From Lama guanicoe (taxonomy: Eukaryota): a stretch of DNA of 64,000 nucleotides. The notes beneath the pieces are model-generated. The model saw nothing but the letters and a program-made list of their open reading frames with translations, ran no database searches and was not told where the DNA came from. A program made the position numbers and the translations under genes. Shown here in pieces: positions 12,230 through 25,250 of the stretch. The stretch's first letter is position 1, and each line of letters begins with the position of its first letter. The DNA is taken from assembly GCA_013239625.1 (NCBI GenBank), contig MU054323.1, positions 4,442,214 through 4,506,213 on the forward strand, written 5' to 3'.

Positions 12230-12580
12230 CTTGCACTTCAGGTGCTTTCTCTCAGTGTCTCAAATGCCCTGTGCTCCCTCCTGACAAGGAGCCTTTGATG
12301 GGAGTCCCTGTTCTTTCTTCTTTTCTCTTTCTCAGTTATCTTTCAGGACTCAGCTTAAGTGACATTTTTCTCCAGGAAGCATTCATGACTTTCTAACTTG
12401 GCCGTGTCACCTTATTTCTGAGTAGCCTCTCTCCATAGCACACACCATAGTTATAGCTTCACCTTTATTTGATGATGATTGATACATCTCTATCCCTCGC
12501 CATGAGCTCTGCATTCACAGTGTCCAGACTTTGGTATCGGATAAAGTACTGGACACTTGATAAGTATTTGCAGGACAAGC
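12230..12580 (+). mobile_element. L2 3' fragment
   Basis: TTCAGGACTCAGCTTAAGTGACATTTTTCTCCAGGAAGC...CTTGATAAGTATTTG. Confidence 0.6.
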
Positions 12581-12837
12581 ATGTGATCTTGATCCAGTTG
12601 TGGGAGCCACCTCCTATCTAGTGATTTCCTCCTCAATTACGTTTGCCATTCTTTTGGTAAGTGTTTCTCTTTTAATCAGATAAATCATCTGACCAAATCT
12701 TTATGATCAAAATATTATACAAAGATTTCAGGTTCATTATAATGCAGGGGTAAATGCGGATAAGTAAAAGGAAAAAAAAATCCAGAGATGAGTGCTGGTA
12801 ATATATTGGTGTATAGCAGTCAAGAATATATTTCTGT

Positions 12838-13335
12838 GTTATTCAGGAGTCCTTTGGATACAAGCAATAGTAAATGGGCTAAACTGAACTTATATAAGAA
12901 GTGAATTTACTGGAAGGACATCTGGTAAGGTCGCATAGTCAAAGGAGAGGCTAATAGTCCAGTTTAAGACGGCCGGGAGAATAATTGGAACCCAAGTCTA
13001 AAATTCCATTAGCGCTTCCATTCTCCATCACCCTGACTCACCATCCTTCTCTCGGGCTGCTGGGATCATTATTTCCCTCTATAGTACAGCTTCTTACAGG
13101 TGGGGGAAATTCTGACTCCGGAATGAAACAGGCTTTGCTGTTTCTGGTTTGAAAAGAATTCTTATTCTGGGCAAAGTTCTTATTGGTCCTATTGGCTGGA
13201 GTCTGATCTTGAACAAAGGAGTTGGCATCTGTAAGAGTAAGGTTGGACTTGGAGGAGGAACAGTTACGAAAAGGAAAGAAGTTCTGAAAAAGGTTGATGG
13301 TTGGTGGGAGTGTCCTCTCCAACGTGTGTGTATTT
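12838..13335 (-). mobile_element. Old MLT1-type MaLR LTR
   Basis: TATTCAGGAGTCCTTTGGATACAAGCAATAG...GAATTTACTGGAAGGA start typical of reverse MLT1K/L/N-type LTRs; ORF 13149-13556 begins within it. Confidence 0.55.
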
Positions 13336-14964
13336 TGGGGAGGGGGGTTCATACGGTTTCAGAGCCTCTCACCTCACGTAATGATACATCATGGCCGTCT
13401 TTAAAGAGATGGCTGTGTAATCGTAGCGTATCTGTCATCCTGACGACCCAGACAGAGCAGCGCTCGGCCTGGGCTGGGTGGCAGGAGAGAGCATTATTGC
13501 TCCTCATTTTCATTCTTTCAGCGAAGGCACCGCTGATGAGCAGGAGGTGGAGGTGAGGAAGCCACAAAGGTAAAAGGGGAGGCCTGGAGGGAGTGCGAGC
13601 AACAGGATCCTGGATTTAGGCCACAAGGAGGAAAAGTCATTCAAAGAAAAGGCAAGCAGCCCACATGAGCTCACTTCTGAGAGAGGAAATGGGAGTTAAT
13701 GAATAAAGATAGAACTAAGAATCCGAGGAGATAATTGGCCTTACTAGATATAGGGTCTCTTGCCAGAACAGTACATCCTAAAAGTGCTAATTCCGAGCCC
13801 CAGAAGAGTGGAGCAGCCTTAGATAAGGACAGCCATCAGACCCATTTGCAGAGAAGTCCGGGAGGGCTTGGGGAACAGGGATGTAAGTCAGCATCTCCAG
13901 CGTGAGAAGGAGGATGTGTGTCACTCATTTCGCTCTGGCTGGGCTCAGCTACTCCCCTCCACTGCTCCCGCACCTTGGCGGACATAGCAAGATCGGGTCT
14001 TGGATCCCTCCCCGTGGTGGTCACCGCAGATGTGTCCACCCGAGCTATGGCAGCCATGCTCTGAGAGCTGCTCATCCCAGAGTTTCCCAGGGGCTCTACG
14101 TGTGTGCTTTCAGCTACCTGTCCCGACCCCTCAAGGATGCTCCCAGTTCCAGGGGCCTGCAGCTGTGACTCTCGGGACATGGCCAATGCCAGGCGCCCCC
14201 TGAGCGATACTAGTATTATTTAAATGCCATTTCCCATTTTATATTCTCATGGCAGGTAACGTGATCTCAAATTCATGAAGCATCTGCTCTCGCCTCATCC
14301 ATCCACTCTGGAGATAATTTTAAAAGATGTTTTTTTGTAATGACTTTACATTTAAAGCTTTTTTTTTTTAAGTGGAAGTTTGGGAGACTTTGAAAAGTCA
14401 TGCTCAGCAAAAAAAAAAAGTAATTTATACTCTCTCTAGTTAATAACCTCTTATGTGCTTTAATAATTTAAACCAATTATCAATGGGAAGGTCTACAGTG
14501 TATACTTCAATGATTGCTTTTCGTGTATTTCCTCCTTTCTTTCATGCCGTATGCCACTTGTCCTCGATGTGTCTCCCGTGCCTATTATCTCTGCTGCACA
14601 CATAAAATAACTGCCTTAGCTAGGAGAACATGACCTTGACACGGAGAGAAGCAGTCCTTTAAAGGATAGCTCAATTAAAATCTAAGGGCTCTGTTCCTGA
14701 TTGGATTTCATTATTATTCATAAGACCGTGCCGCGCTGAGCCACGTGTTTGCAGGGTCCTGAAGGCTGGTTTCAGAAAAGGTGCATTAAAGTCATCAGAG
14801 GGACGCCCGCCTGGAGCCTGTTGATGCTTTGTCACCAACAAGCTCATTAGCCTGGCTGGCTGGTGGAGGCTTTGCTCCTTCCAAATGAGTGTACTGTGCG
14901 TCCTAAGCGGTGGCTGTGAACACCTTGGGGGAGGCCATGCAATGGACTAGTTAGGATCACAGGT

Positions 14965-15165
14965 TATTAGATTCCCGCAGATCTAAGTTCAGATTGAATG
15001 TCTGGAATTTTAAAGCTGGTGATCCTGAGCAATTTATTTAAATTCTCTGAGCTCAGTTTACCCGTCTGAAAAGGGGGAATAAGAATATGTTCCTTGCAAA
15101 GTTGAGGTGGTGCACGTAAAATGCTTCTCACAGTTCCTGGCCCATAATAAGCCCCGGAGCAAATG
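14965..15165 (+). mobile_element. MIR SINE
   Basis: TTCTCTGAGCTCAGTTTACCCGTCTGAAAAGGGGGAATAA...CACGTAAAATGCTTCTCACAGTTCCTGGCCCATAATAAG. Confidence 0.8.
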
Positions 15166-15204
15166 ATGATGATGATGATGGCGGTGGTGATGATGGTGAT
15201 GATG
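15162..15204. repeat. (GAT/GGT)n trinucleotide repeat
   Basis: ATGATGATGATGATGATGGCGGTGGTGATGATGGTGATGATG. Confidence 0.85.
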
Positions 15205-15916
15205 CAGGGCGATGTCTTGCTCTTTTCTGTAGATACCCAGTGTCCTTCATGGCCATTCATTGCTGAGACAAGATTGTTAGTATCAGTAACCACTTAACAC
15301 AAGGTGACGGTGTGGAGGCATTCCACATTCAATGCCCCATCGCCCAGAAAATGGAGAGAAGTGTGACCAAGAGCAGCGGGGGAAGGCTTCCCCACAGAGT
15401 TGGGCTATGAAACATGTCCCAAAGGTGGAATATCGACGTGGAACTTCTTAGAACATAAAAGACTAATGATTTGTGCCAAGTTGACAGAAAGTGTTCCATG
15501 GATGAAGCACATTTAATTCTAAGGATAAGACATCCGGAATAATCAGGAGGAGGCCAGAGAGGGTATTACCAGTAGAATCTGTCTGTAAATTATCTGCAGG
15601 CTTCAGAGAGGAAGGCCAAGGCTAAAATATGTGCCAAGTTCGAACCAACAACCTTACTATTTTAAAGGCAATCCCTGGTCTCTGTTCTCCCATACAGTAG
15701 GACATTCTGGGAAGAGGAGCATGCGTAGAATAAATACGTTGGCCAAGCCCATGTGACAGGGTGGAATAGGGACCAGTGCCATGAGGGTGATATTTCAGTG
15801 AGGGAGAGGCCTGAGAAGGGTATGGACGCCTGCCGCTTTGGGTAGATAGTGCTGAGAAGAGTGTCACCTGTCCCAGGTACAGCCAGAAAATCGTTTTAAC
15901 TGTGCAGTGATTCCAG

Positions 15917-16156
15917 GGCAAGGTTTCTCAACTTTGACACTAGTGATATTTTGGGATGGATAATTCTTGACAGTGGGGGCCTGCCTTGTGCATTGTAGAG
16001 TGTTTAGCTGCAGCCCTGGCCTCTACCCTGTAGATACCAGTAGGAACCCATCAATTGTAACAACCAAATCTGTCTCCAAACATTGCCGAACGTTCCGTGG
16101 CGGAGGAGGGTGGGGGAGCGAGTGGTCAAAGCACTTCAGCTGAGATTATCATTCTA
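15917..16156 (+). mobile_element. MER20 hAT-Charlie DNA transposon
   Basis: GGTTTCTCAACTTTGACACTAGTGATATTTTGGGATGGATAATTCTT...CCTTGTGCATTGTAGAGTGTTTAGC...ACAACCAAATCTGTCTCCAAACATTGCC. Confidence 0.85.
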
Positions 16157-18809
16157 TACAGCAATGAAAGTCTGGAGAGATAAGAATTCCTAGACACCAT
16201 TCTACTTTCTGCCCAGAATCTCTGATCCAGACCTTTTCAATGCTGAGCCTCAATTCTGGCATTTCTGAGTCCAGTTGACTTTAGTCTGTGGACAGGTGAG
16301 CAGCTTCACAATGAGAAGTCGTATGTATGCAGCTGCCTAACAGGGTCGAGGAAAAGCTGGTTAGATATTAAAGAACTTCTCAGATGAAGAAAATACTTTT
16401 CCCAAGTGTAATTTTCCCCCAGAGTCCTTTACCACCTTTGAGCAAACAGCAAGCAAAATTGCCCTTTCTGTGTTCCCAGAACACTACGCCATATGCCAAG
16501 GTCAAGCATGTTTGCAGCAGGGCTGCGCCGTTTTGTGACATCACAGTTTTGACCTGCATTTCTGAATCTTGTGGCCTTCTGCTCCATCCTGCCTGTGGAG
16601 AACTCACCTAAGCACAGAGGCAGTCCTGCGTGGAGCAGGAGAAACACGTTTCAGACGGTGTCGCACTGGGGAAGTCAGATACCAACTTCTTGTCGTGGTC
16701 ATGATCCCTACTTAGTGGGGCTGTTCGAAACCAAGATTCTGGCATTCCCTTCCGTTATCTAGGTCCACAGTATACATACGTCCCCCTAAATTCTCTTTCC
16801 AAAGACAGTAAAACTGAGTTCTAAAATCTTGTGAGCCTAACACAGATCATATCACCTCTTCTGCAATTGGTTTTCTTGGCCAAATGCATTTGGAGGTTGG
16901 TGCATTTGCTTCTCCTCAGGAGTGCCGGGGCCAGCTCCATGACCCGATGCGGCGTGAGTGTGTCTCGGAGCCCGGGGGCAGTAGCACCAGCTCCCAGCTC
17001 CCAGGAGGCCCGTTGGTCTGGACAAGAACTAGAAGACCAGGCCCGAAGGGGAGAGACTAGCCAGCCTTCACTGTCGGGCTGACATTGTACTTTGTGAATT
17101 GCTCTCTTTCTCTTAATTCATGTTTTCAGTTCTGTCAGTAAAGTTTGTTTTCCCAGTGTTTTCAACATTCCAGTCTGTACTTGGCTTTCCTCTTAATATC
17201 AGTATCGTAGCCAATTTCCAAACTTTCTGTTCAAGATTAAAGTTCAGCTCCAACAGAGACTCCAGGTGAAATAAAAGCTCTGTAGCTGTTCCGGCCTTGT
17301 CATGTCCTGATATTCTGAGTTCTTTGAATTAACTTCCCTTCCTTTGAGTTCCCCATCCAGGTGGGATTTTTGAGACAAGAGCTCAAACCCTAAAAGACAC
17401 ATTTTCATGAGGTCCTTGGACCTCCAGAGGGCAAAGTTTAGAATGACAAATGAAATAGCACAGTGAGTTCCAGTGTTCAGACCACATATAAACTTTGAGA
17501 AACTGGATATGTTGCTCTTGAACCTTGAAATCCCAGAGATGGAAGGATTATTGACACACTGTGACTCCACTTTTAGCTTTAAATAATGATTTTAAAATTT
17601 TCTTTCCACGGGCAGAGATAGACCATTGATCCACATAGAAATTAATTGCTTCAATACTGTGAGTTTTAATGTAAAATTTTTCTTTACCCCTGCTGTTGTT
17701 TTAGCATGAAAAAATATAAATCCTCTCCTCTGATTGATTGCTGGACAGGACCTACTTCTCTCTCTTACTATTTAATATATGGACAGCTGCAAGGCCTGGG
17801 TTACAATTGTCAATGCCGAAAAAGATGGGTAGTCATAAAAATTGTGAAGTTGACCAAGAACAAAAGCCCATTATAAGTGATGGAATATCATCTGAAAGGG
17901 GGTGTAATTTCTCCTCGTATTATACGTGCGATTAGATCTCTTCTCCCACCTGAGCAGAGCAGTTTCGCTGGCTTACTGTCAGTGTTTTCTTACACCTCGA
18001 CAGTGATTTATGGACAGATTGAGGACATACAGGCACCACGATGGTGTGAAGTGAGGTACAAGAATAAACACATTGCCAGCCTTGCAGAAGATGCTCTTTG
18101 CTAGTCACCACGTTGCCAGTCGTCCGATCCAGGGGAGAGGACGACTAGGGGGTAGTGTTAAGCCATTTGGCTCAAGAGTTCAAAGGATGAAAAGTCACAG
18201 CTGCTTCCCTTATAAACCATCAGGGCAAGATCACCGCGAAAGGCAACTTACGAGAGTTAAGGGAAAAGTAAAATGAAAACGGAAGATTGGAGCTGCCTTA
18301 ATACGCTGAGCCAGCATATGCTGCAGAATATATAAACTGTGCAGCCGAAGTCCAGGCCACACAGAGGCTCCCGCCCCTTGCCTGGCCCGGGTCCTGAAGG
18401 AAGACCCGCACATCTGTCGGCCTGTCAGCTGCAGGTCTGAGCCCGCGGAGGTTCCTGGGGCTGCGTTATTAGGCTGTGGCTCTCTCCAAGTGTGGGCATC
18501 TCCCTGCCCAGGGGAGAAAGACAGGCAGGAGGTGGTCCCATGGGCAGGACGGGGCACTGCAGGCCCAGAAATGTAATGGGCTTATCTGATGCTCAAGGTG
18601 CCTGCGAGCTTTCTGCTTCTGCCAGTGTTTCTTTCCTTTGTTATCATTAATACACAGATTATCACTTGCCAACTCCCACGAGCTTCCTAACTATAAGGAA
18701 AGCATTTCTCTCATCATCAGCTAATGAGGACATTTTGTCCCCGTAATCCCTAAAGAAGTGTACTCCTCCCCTAATTAATCAACAAATATTTATTGAGCAG
18801 CTTTGGCAC

Positions 18810-19075
18810 ACGGTCCCAGTGCCTCTCCCTCCTAGTCTGTCCTCTCCTCTGTGTTCTCATACAACTCCCTCTGCTTTGCACTTTTGTAGCATGTTTACCA
18901 CCTGCACCGTCATCCCATGCCCACATGGCTGACTCACTCACTAGACTGAGTGTTCCCAAAGTCAGGAGCCATGTTTGATTCATCTCTGAAAGCCTAGTGC
19001 CTAGAATAAGTCCTAGCCTAGACTGGGTGCTTGGTCAGTGCTTGTGGGATAATGGAATCCATGAATGCACAGATG
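18810..19075 (+). mobile_element. L2 3' end
   Basis: CACTAGACTGAGTGTTCCCAAAGTCAGGAGCCATGTTTGATTCATCTCTG...GTGCCTAG. Confidence 0.65.
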
Positions 19076-20959
19076 GCTTTCATCCCCTTGGCTCTGTGAA
19101 GAATAAAAGAGAAACGGAAGCCACATCCTCTACTCCTTGCAGAACTCATAGTCCAGATGCAGGTCAGAAAAGAAGAAAATAGAGCAAAGGAGAAATTACT
19201 ACATAGGTTCCTGTAATATGCATCATAGGTGTTTAGACGGATGATCAGGACAGGCTTGGAGAAACCAGGCGAGGCACACAGAGAGGTGGGACCTGAGTTG
19301 TGTCTGGGAATTGGAAGTGATGGTGCCATGCTCCAAGGAGACAGCAGGGATAGTCGGCCCTTGCAGCCCACCCGTCATCCCTGCAGAGGGCTCAGTTTGA
19401 CCAAGTGTGTAAAGTGCAGAGCCTCACGTTAAGGTTGGTCACCGAAATGGAAATTTTGTGATTTTATTTTCTTTCAGATAGAGGGGCTCAGTGAAGGGAC
19501 AAAGGGAAGCACAAGTTCTGTTCAGGAAAGCTCTCTTCCATGTGCTGAATGAAATGAGGAAGGTGTGTCCTCAGGACAGGACCGGGCTCTGGCCCCTTCT
19601 TCGAACCTCCTGTCTTCTTCCCTTTCCCACTTTGCTGGGCAAGGGAGATGCTCAGGGTGCCTCGGGCTAAACACTTGCAAGACATAACCAAGTGCCTGGG
19701 AAACCTTGCAGGTAGCAGCAGAGAACAAAAAATGGAGAACGTGGTAGATGGCACGTGATTTTGCTGGAGGCCGGCATTAGCTTCTTCCTCCATGGCTACC
19801 CCTGCTCTGTTCTCCTTCCCACCTCCTTGTGGGGTGCCACTCCAATTGGTACTCCAAGTAGCCTCCTCTCTGGGATGTCCACTCGGAGCCAGGACCACTG
19901 TGTCCCGTCTGCCCATCCAGGTCTGGGTTGACATCCCACCGCCAGTCTGCCCCATCCAACCAAGAGGCCTTCTCTGCTCCCAGTTCTGTTCCACCTCATG
20001 CATAGATTAGACTCGCTCAGCTTACCCCGGCCCAAGGAGTCCTTGGTAAGTTCTCGGTCACATGAGTCACACCCAGAACCCTGGTGTCGCCCAGAGAGAA
20101 GCCCTTACTGGCTTTCTTTCAGAATGTGATGGGTCCTTTGGATGATTTATTTGCAGAAATCCTTAGAGAAGGGAACTTGGAAAGGACTTACAAAGAACAC
20201 CTGAAAGAGAGCATGTTTGCTTACGGTTGTCACGCTCGAGGCCTCCACAGGACTCCCGAGGATGCTGTGAGACCAGGCGGGATGCGGAGGACGGCTCTTG
20301 TCTGCTCCTCTGCGTGGGTCACCACATCCCCGGTTTGCTCTGGCCAGGGGATTCGTGGAACAACCTCACTTCTTTTAGATGTGGTTCTTGGAGTCATGGG
20401 GAAGGATTTTCCAGTTTAGCCTTGGTTTTTGACCAGAAGAGATTAAGTCTGTCTTCACATAGCTCTCAGCCTAAGCTCTTTTTCAGGGCTGACCTGTATT
20501 CCAAATGTGCCCCTGGACAGGCATTTGTAGAAATGAGGGCTGGGTTAAAGGAAGTCAGACAGAACAAGTTTAGAAAACCAGGCTGTAGACCTAAAATAAG
20601 ACATATGGCTTCTGCTTCATGTTCATTTTTATGTCGTTTCCATGGGGATTGTCATCTGTGGGATGACACCCTCTTCGGGAGATACGGCTGCCTTTTAGCC
20701 GGAGGTGGGAGTGAGGATGAGGCCAGTGAAAGTTGCGAGAAAAGCCAAGGAGGCAGGGAAGTGGCTTTGGAAAATGAAGTGGACTGACAACCACGATGTT
20801 ATGACCCCAGTAGTGCCTGTGAAATGTTTGTGAACACAAAGAACAGACTGGAAACGGAAGATGTGGTACAGGTGGGCTTCCTTCCTCATCCCCCACGCTG
20901 GGGGCAGCTGGGCCCAGTGGCCTCCTTGGTCTCCAGAAGAAGGACACAAGCTGGCAATT

Positions 20960-21110
20960 CACAGTCAAGAGCTCCTGTCCAGGAGTCAGAAACCCTGGGC
21001 CCCTGTCCCCCGGCTAGTGTGATGTTGAGTGAGCTCCACCCTTACCTGAGTCTTTGTTCGTGTATATAAAATTAGAGACTTGAAGAAAGTGTTCTCTGAG
21101 GGCACTTGCA
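20960..21110 (+). mobile_element. MIR/MIR3 fragment
   Basis: AGGAGTCAGAAACCCTGGG...TGTGATGTTGAGTGAG...CTCTGAGGGCACTTGCAGCT. Confidence 0.55.
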
Positions 21111-21351
21111 GCTACAGTGATCTGTGGATCTGTGGCCTCATGTTTAGTTCATGAGAAGATGCCGGTGAGGCTTGTTGTAGGTTCAAGTGTGGATTCCCGA
21201 GTGCCGGCGGTGCATTACGGAGGGAGCAGTTCTAGGTGGCAGCTACCCCACTTACTGGTCAGGACAGCAGACTGGATGCCAGGCTCCTGGCACCCACATG
21301 CACTGGGAGAGTCCAATCAGTGGCTTTTAGGCAACACATGTTAATGGGCTT

Positions 21352-21800
21352 TTATTATTCATTTATTCTGTTTTTAATTGACCCATCTAAGTGTTCTTGA
21401 ATGACTATTACAACTGGCTTTGTGTTGAGGACATAAGAAAAACAAAAGCAAAAACAAGAAGCTGTCCTTACCCTCGAGTTGCTCAACACCAAGTGAACAG
21501 AACGGGATCTGTCATTCAGGAGGGGCCCCCAGTCCGGAGGGGCAGCCAGAGGAGGCTCCCTGGCAGGTGACTCTCCGAGCTGAATCTTGAGGACTGACTG
21601 AGCTTCGGCAGCACTGGGAGTGTTGGAGGGGAAGTAAGTAAAGGCAAGAGGGTGATCAGGACAAAGGGGTCTACTTACCGGGTTGCCCCGTGGGGAGGGT
21701 GCTGAGCAGAGGCAGGAGGCTAAAGGTGAAATCTTCTCCCCGCTGGACTCCCTTGCCTCGCACAAGGGATGAGACAGACAGTGAGACTTGAGCCACAGAG
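21352..21800 (-). mobile_element. L2 fragment
   Basis: TATTATTCATTTATTC start; CTGTCCTTACCCTCGAGTTGCTCA; GAGCTGAATCTTGAGGA. Confidence 0.6.
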
Positions 21801-24509
21801 GATAAAGAAACCTGAATCCGGCATCCGTCCCTGTTCCTGCCATGTTTTGTGGCTTTGTGCATCTTGCCCGGGGTACATTCTGCTGCTTGTGGACGCTTAT
21901 TATCCATAATAATCATAATAATTAATAAAACCTTTTAAAGGGGGCTTTAATCATGCTTGTGCTTTGCTTCCAAACACATAATAAAAAGGAATTACTTATA
22001 AAAGTGACAAATTTATTCCTAATTATACCATTATTTTGTTATGCAATACAAGTAAAGCAATCTTTGAAGCTGGAAAAATGTCTTATGCAGAATTAATTAG
22101 AACCGTACACTGTTTGGAATGAGGCAATTATTTTATTGATATTTCACAACTAGAACTTTCTAAGAGCACCTCAAATATTTTCATTAATGCCAATAAATAG
22201 TTATTTTAAACACTTACTAGTGTGAGTTCTAAAGATAAACTTTGCACTGTTTTTGGACCTTATGACAATGTTTTTAATTGGAGAGAAAATTTATAAGACC
22301 CAGGAGTCACTGTGGCCCCAGGGAAATTTTGAGAACGCAGATGGCAGCGTTCAGGGAATTCACTTCTTGTTCAACATGACACCACAGGGGAGGGGCTGCA
22401 GAGAGGTAGCGGTGGGTCCCCAAAAGGGGGCCCAGGTGTCATTGTCATGCAAGTGAGGACATCTGGGAAGGGAGAGTGAGTCCCAGATCGCATGATAAGT
22501 TATGGGCTGGGACCCTAACTCTTGTCCCTGAACTCTCATTTCTGTGTTCTTACTTTCTTTTAAAAATACAGACTTGTTTTGTGGGTTACAAAAGTAACAC
22601 CTAGCCATATCCAGTGCTCTTGCCTGCTGTCTTCTGACCCAAGCCCACACTGACTTCTTTTCATTTTTGCAGTGGATTAAACAGCCCATGGGTACTGTCA
22701 TACATTCTTCCTTTGCCTCATGCATGTCAAACCTGCCTCCTTACCCATCTATTCCTAGGCTGTAAATAAAGGCTGCGTTCTCTTTCAGTCTTCTCCTCAG
22801 CCAGCCCACGTTCAGAGCTGGGCACACAGCACAGGTGCTATGAAGGTTTTGCTTAGCTTTTCCAAGCTCACAGCACCTGACCAGAGTGCGGGACACGCTA
22901 CCCCTCATGAGATCCTTAGAGACTGACTTCTTGGATTCAGAGAGAGGTGGTGGGCGAGGAGGCAGCCGTGCCTGTGGGACTCCTGGTTCAGAGACTGGCA
23001 GCCTCTGGTGGGAATGGATGTGCCCGTGTAGTGGCCGTGACCTGACTCGTGGATCATGGCTCTGAATGCCACCAACAGAGCGGAGGACCCCTTAGTTCCT
23101 TGGGTTGTTAAGGACAAATCTTTTTTCCTGGGTGTGGATGGTGCAGGAAATAATGCATGTGCAGAAAACACAGTGGCAGGCTGGGCAGTGGCATTCGGAT
23201 CGGTTGCTTCCATGCTCTAAAGGAGGATGAAAGAAAAGCCTGGAGGGTGGGGGTCAGGAAGCGGAGGAGCAAAAGAGCTGTGAGAACGGCATGGTGCGCA
23301 GGAACGATGTGGCAGTGAGCTTGCCAACCTGAGCTCTCGTTACGATAGTCGCCATGCACCCTGGAGCAGGGCAGTGCCTGCTCTGGGCCCCAGTTGTCCA
23401 AACTGTAGAACGAGGGCACTAGAGAACCAGGTGCCCTGGGCTTGTCTGGGGTGCTCGTAGTTAGCAGCCGCACCCCACAGGTGGCTTCTCTCGCCAGAAG
23501 CGCGGGTCGAGTGAGCTCCGCGTAGCTAAAATGATAAAAATGTTCTTCAGGCTTCCATGGCGCTTGCTCAGTCGCTGCAGCGCTCTCACAGCTCAGCTTT
23601 GCTACCTGATATTTAACCTAAACCTTTTCCCTGCTTTTGTTTTAGTTCATCATCACTTGCTCGATTCTATCAATCTACCTATGCATTTCTATGCCACCTC
23701 TCAGCAGAGTGCTTAGCACCTGTCCTCTCTGAGCAATGAGGTTAATATTGAAGGTAAAATCCATTTCGTAGAGATAATGTACTGTAGACCTTTCAGAAGA
23801 GCTCTCTATGATAATGAGGAATGAGTTACCATGCTGAGGTTGTTTAAATGTCATTTATTTTAACAAGTGACACTCTGAATTTATTTAAAGTTGACTACAA
23901 TGAAGGAAAGGTGGAAAGTTTTAAAGTTTCATGAAACAATAATAGAACCGCAAAGCAAGGAGTCCTGGAAGATGGATCTGAATGGCAATTCTGATTACAA
24001 GCTCCATGGGAGGGCTGGTTGGGTTGAATGCTTCCTGCGGCTTCTGGAAGACTCCAGAGAGGTGGAGAATGAGGATGTCAGGGAGAGAGCACTGCTTTGG
24101 CTTCTGAGCTGCCCTCTCTTTCCCACTGTGCTCACGTGTGTGTATATGTGTGCGCTGAAGTCTGGGCGGGCGTATGTGTGGGGATGAGCTGGAAGGGGGG
24201 CTTTCTCTTCCCTGTTGATCACACTCTTTATCACCCCTCCCAGCGCTGAATCAAGGCTATGCGTCTGCAGGCAGCTCTCACTCAGTTCCTCCTGTGCTCT
24301 TGACCAGAGCAGCACTTGGCTGTCTGAGAATGAAGACCGTGTTTTATTCTCATCCCCACCAGTAGGGATTAACAAAATTAGACATAATGATTTATGCTTA
24401 TTCATCGAAACACTGAGTTTGGCATGTAGGCAGTCAGCGAAGACTGCAAATTCTCCATGGGGAAAATACGGGGAAGGGCAGAGGCATTGCTCGCCTTTGT
24501 TTGAATGAG

Positions 24510-25250
24510 TGTCTTCAGGGGTCCTGGAGGGGATTCTTTTGATGGCAAGCAACAGAAATCAGTTAGAACTAATTTAAGAAAGACGTGAGTGGGATGAAAG
24601 CGGACTTGTTGCCAGGATGCTGGTGTACCTTGGGGACATAGAGCAGCTGGCCTTTCAAGGGCATGGGAGAAGGGGATGGAAAGCCCCTGCAGACTCAGGT
24701 GGTGGGGACTCCTTCCTTCCCGGTCCTCTGTCTCCCTCTCTGCTCGTCTTCCCTTCCTCATTCTTCCTCTCTCTGAGACTGGTTTTCTCTCGTTCTCACT
24801 CTCTCTCTCCATATTGGGCAGAAGATAACTGCCCAGCAACCTCTCAGTTCTATCCTCTCAACTCCCCCTACACACACACACACATGGGGAAAGCACTGGT
24901 TGAGTCAAATTCTAATTCCACATTCCTAGGCGAAATAATGTGAGGGGTTTGGCTTAAGTCAAGAGTCTGCTCCCAAGCGCTAACTAACACTGTGTATTCA
25001 CCTTGCCCCTCTGGCTGCTGGTGTAAATAAATTATGTCTTCTCGTTGGTAAATAGTAATAACAAACACAATTTTTACATAGAAAAAAAAAAGAGTCTACC
25101 CCTCCTTGGTCCAGTCATTCATGACCAAGAAGATAAGGTCAAATAAAACAAGTGTGCGCTATGGAGGGGGGTGCGGGGGGCTTGTTCCTGTGTGTGGAGG
25201 AGGCAGTTCTCATGGAAAGTGGGCCGATATCACAGAATATTTCTAATACA
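24510..25250 (-). mobile_element. Old MLT1-type MaLR LTR (MLT1K/L-like), boundaries uncertain
   Basis: GATTCTTTTGATGGCAAGCAACAGAAATCAGTTAGAACTAATTTAAG...CTTGGTCCAGTCATTCATGACCAAG. Confidence 0.55.

Noticed and set aside
3558..14209. CTCF-like motifs at 3558-3574 (+), 3903-3918 (-) and 14191-14209 (-)
   Set aside because: The 3' half (AGRKGGCGC) matches but the 5' CCAS half does not; not supportable without a PWM scan or ChIP.
19488..24552. ORFs of 162-186 aa (19488-20003, 20227-20787, 21355-21843, 23995-24552)
   Set aside because: No recognisable domains, several overlap L2/MLT remnants, and there is no consistent exon structure.
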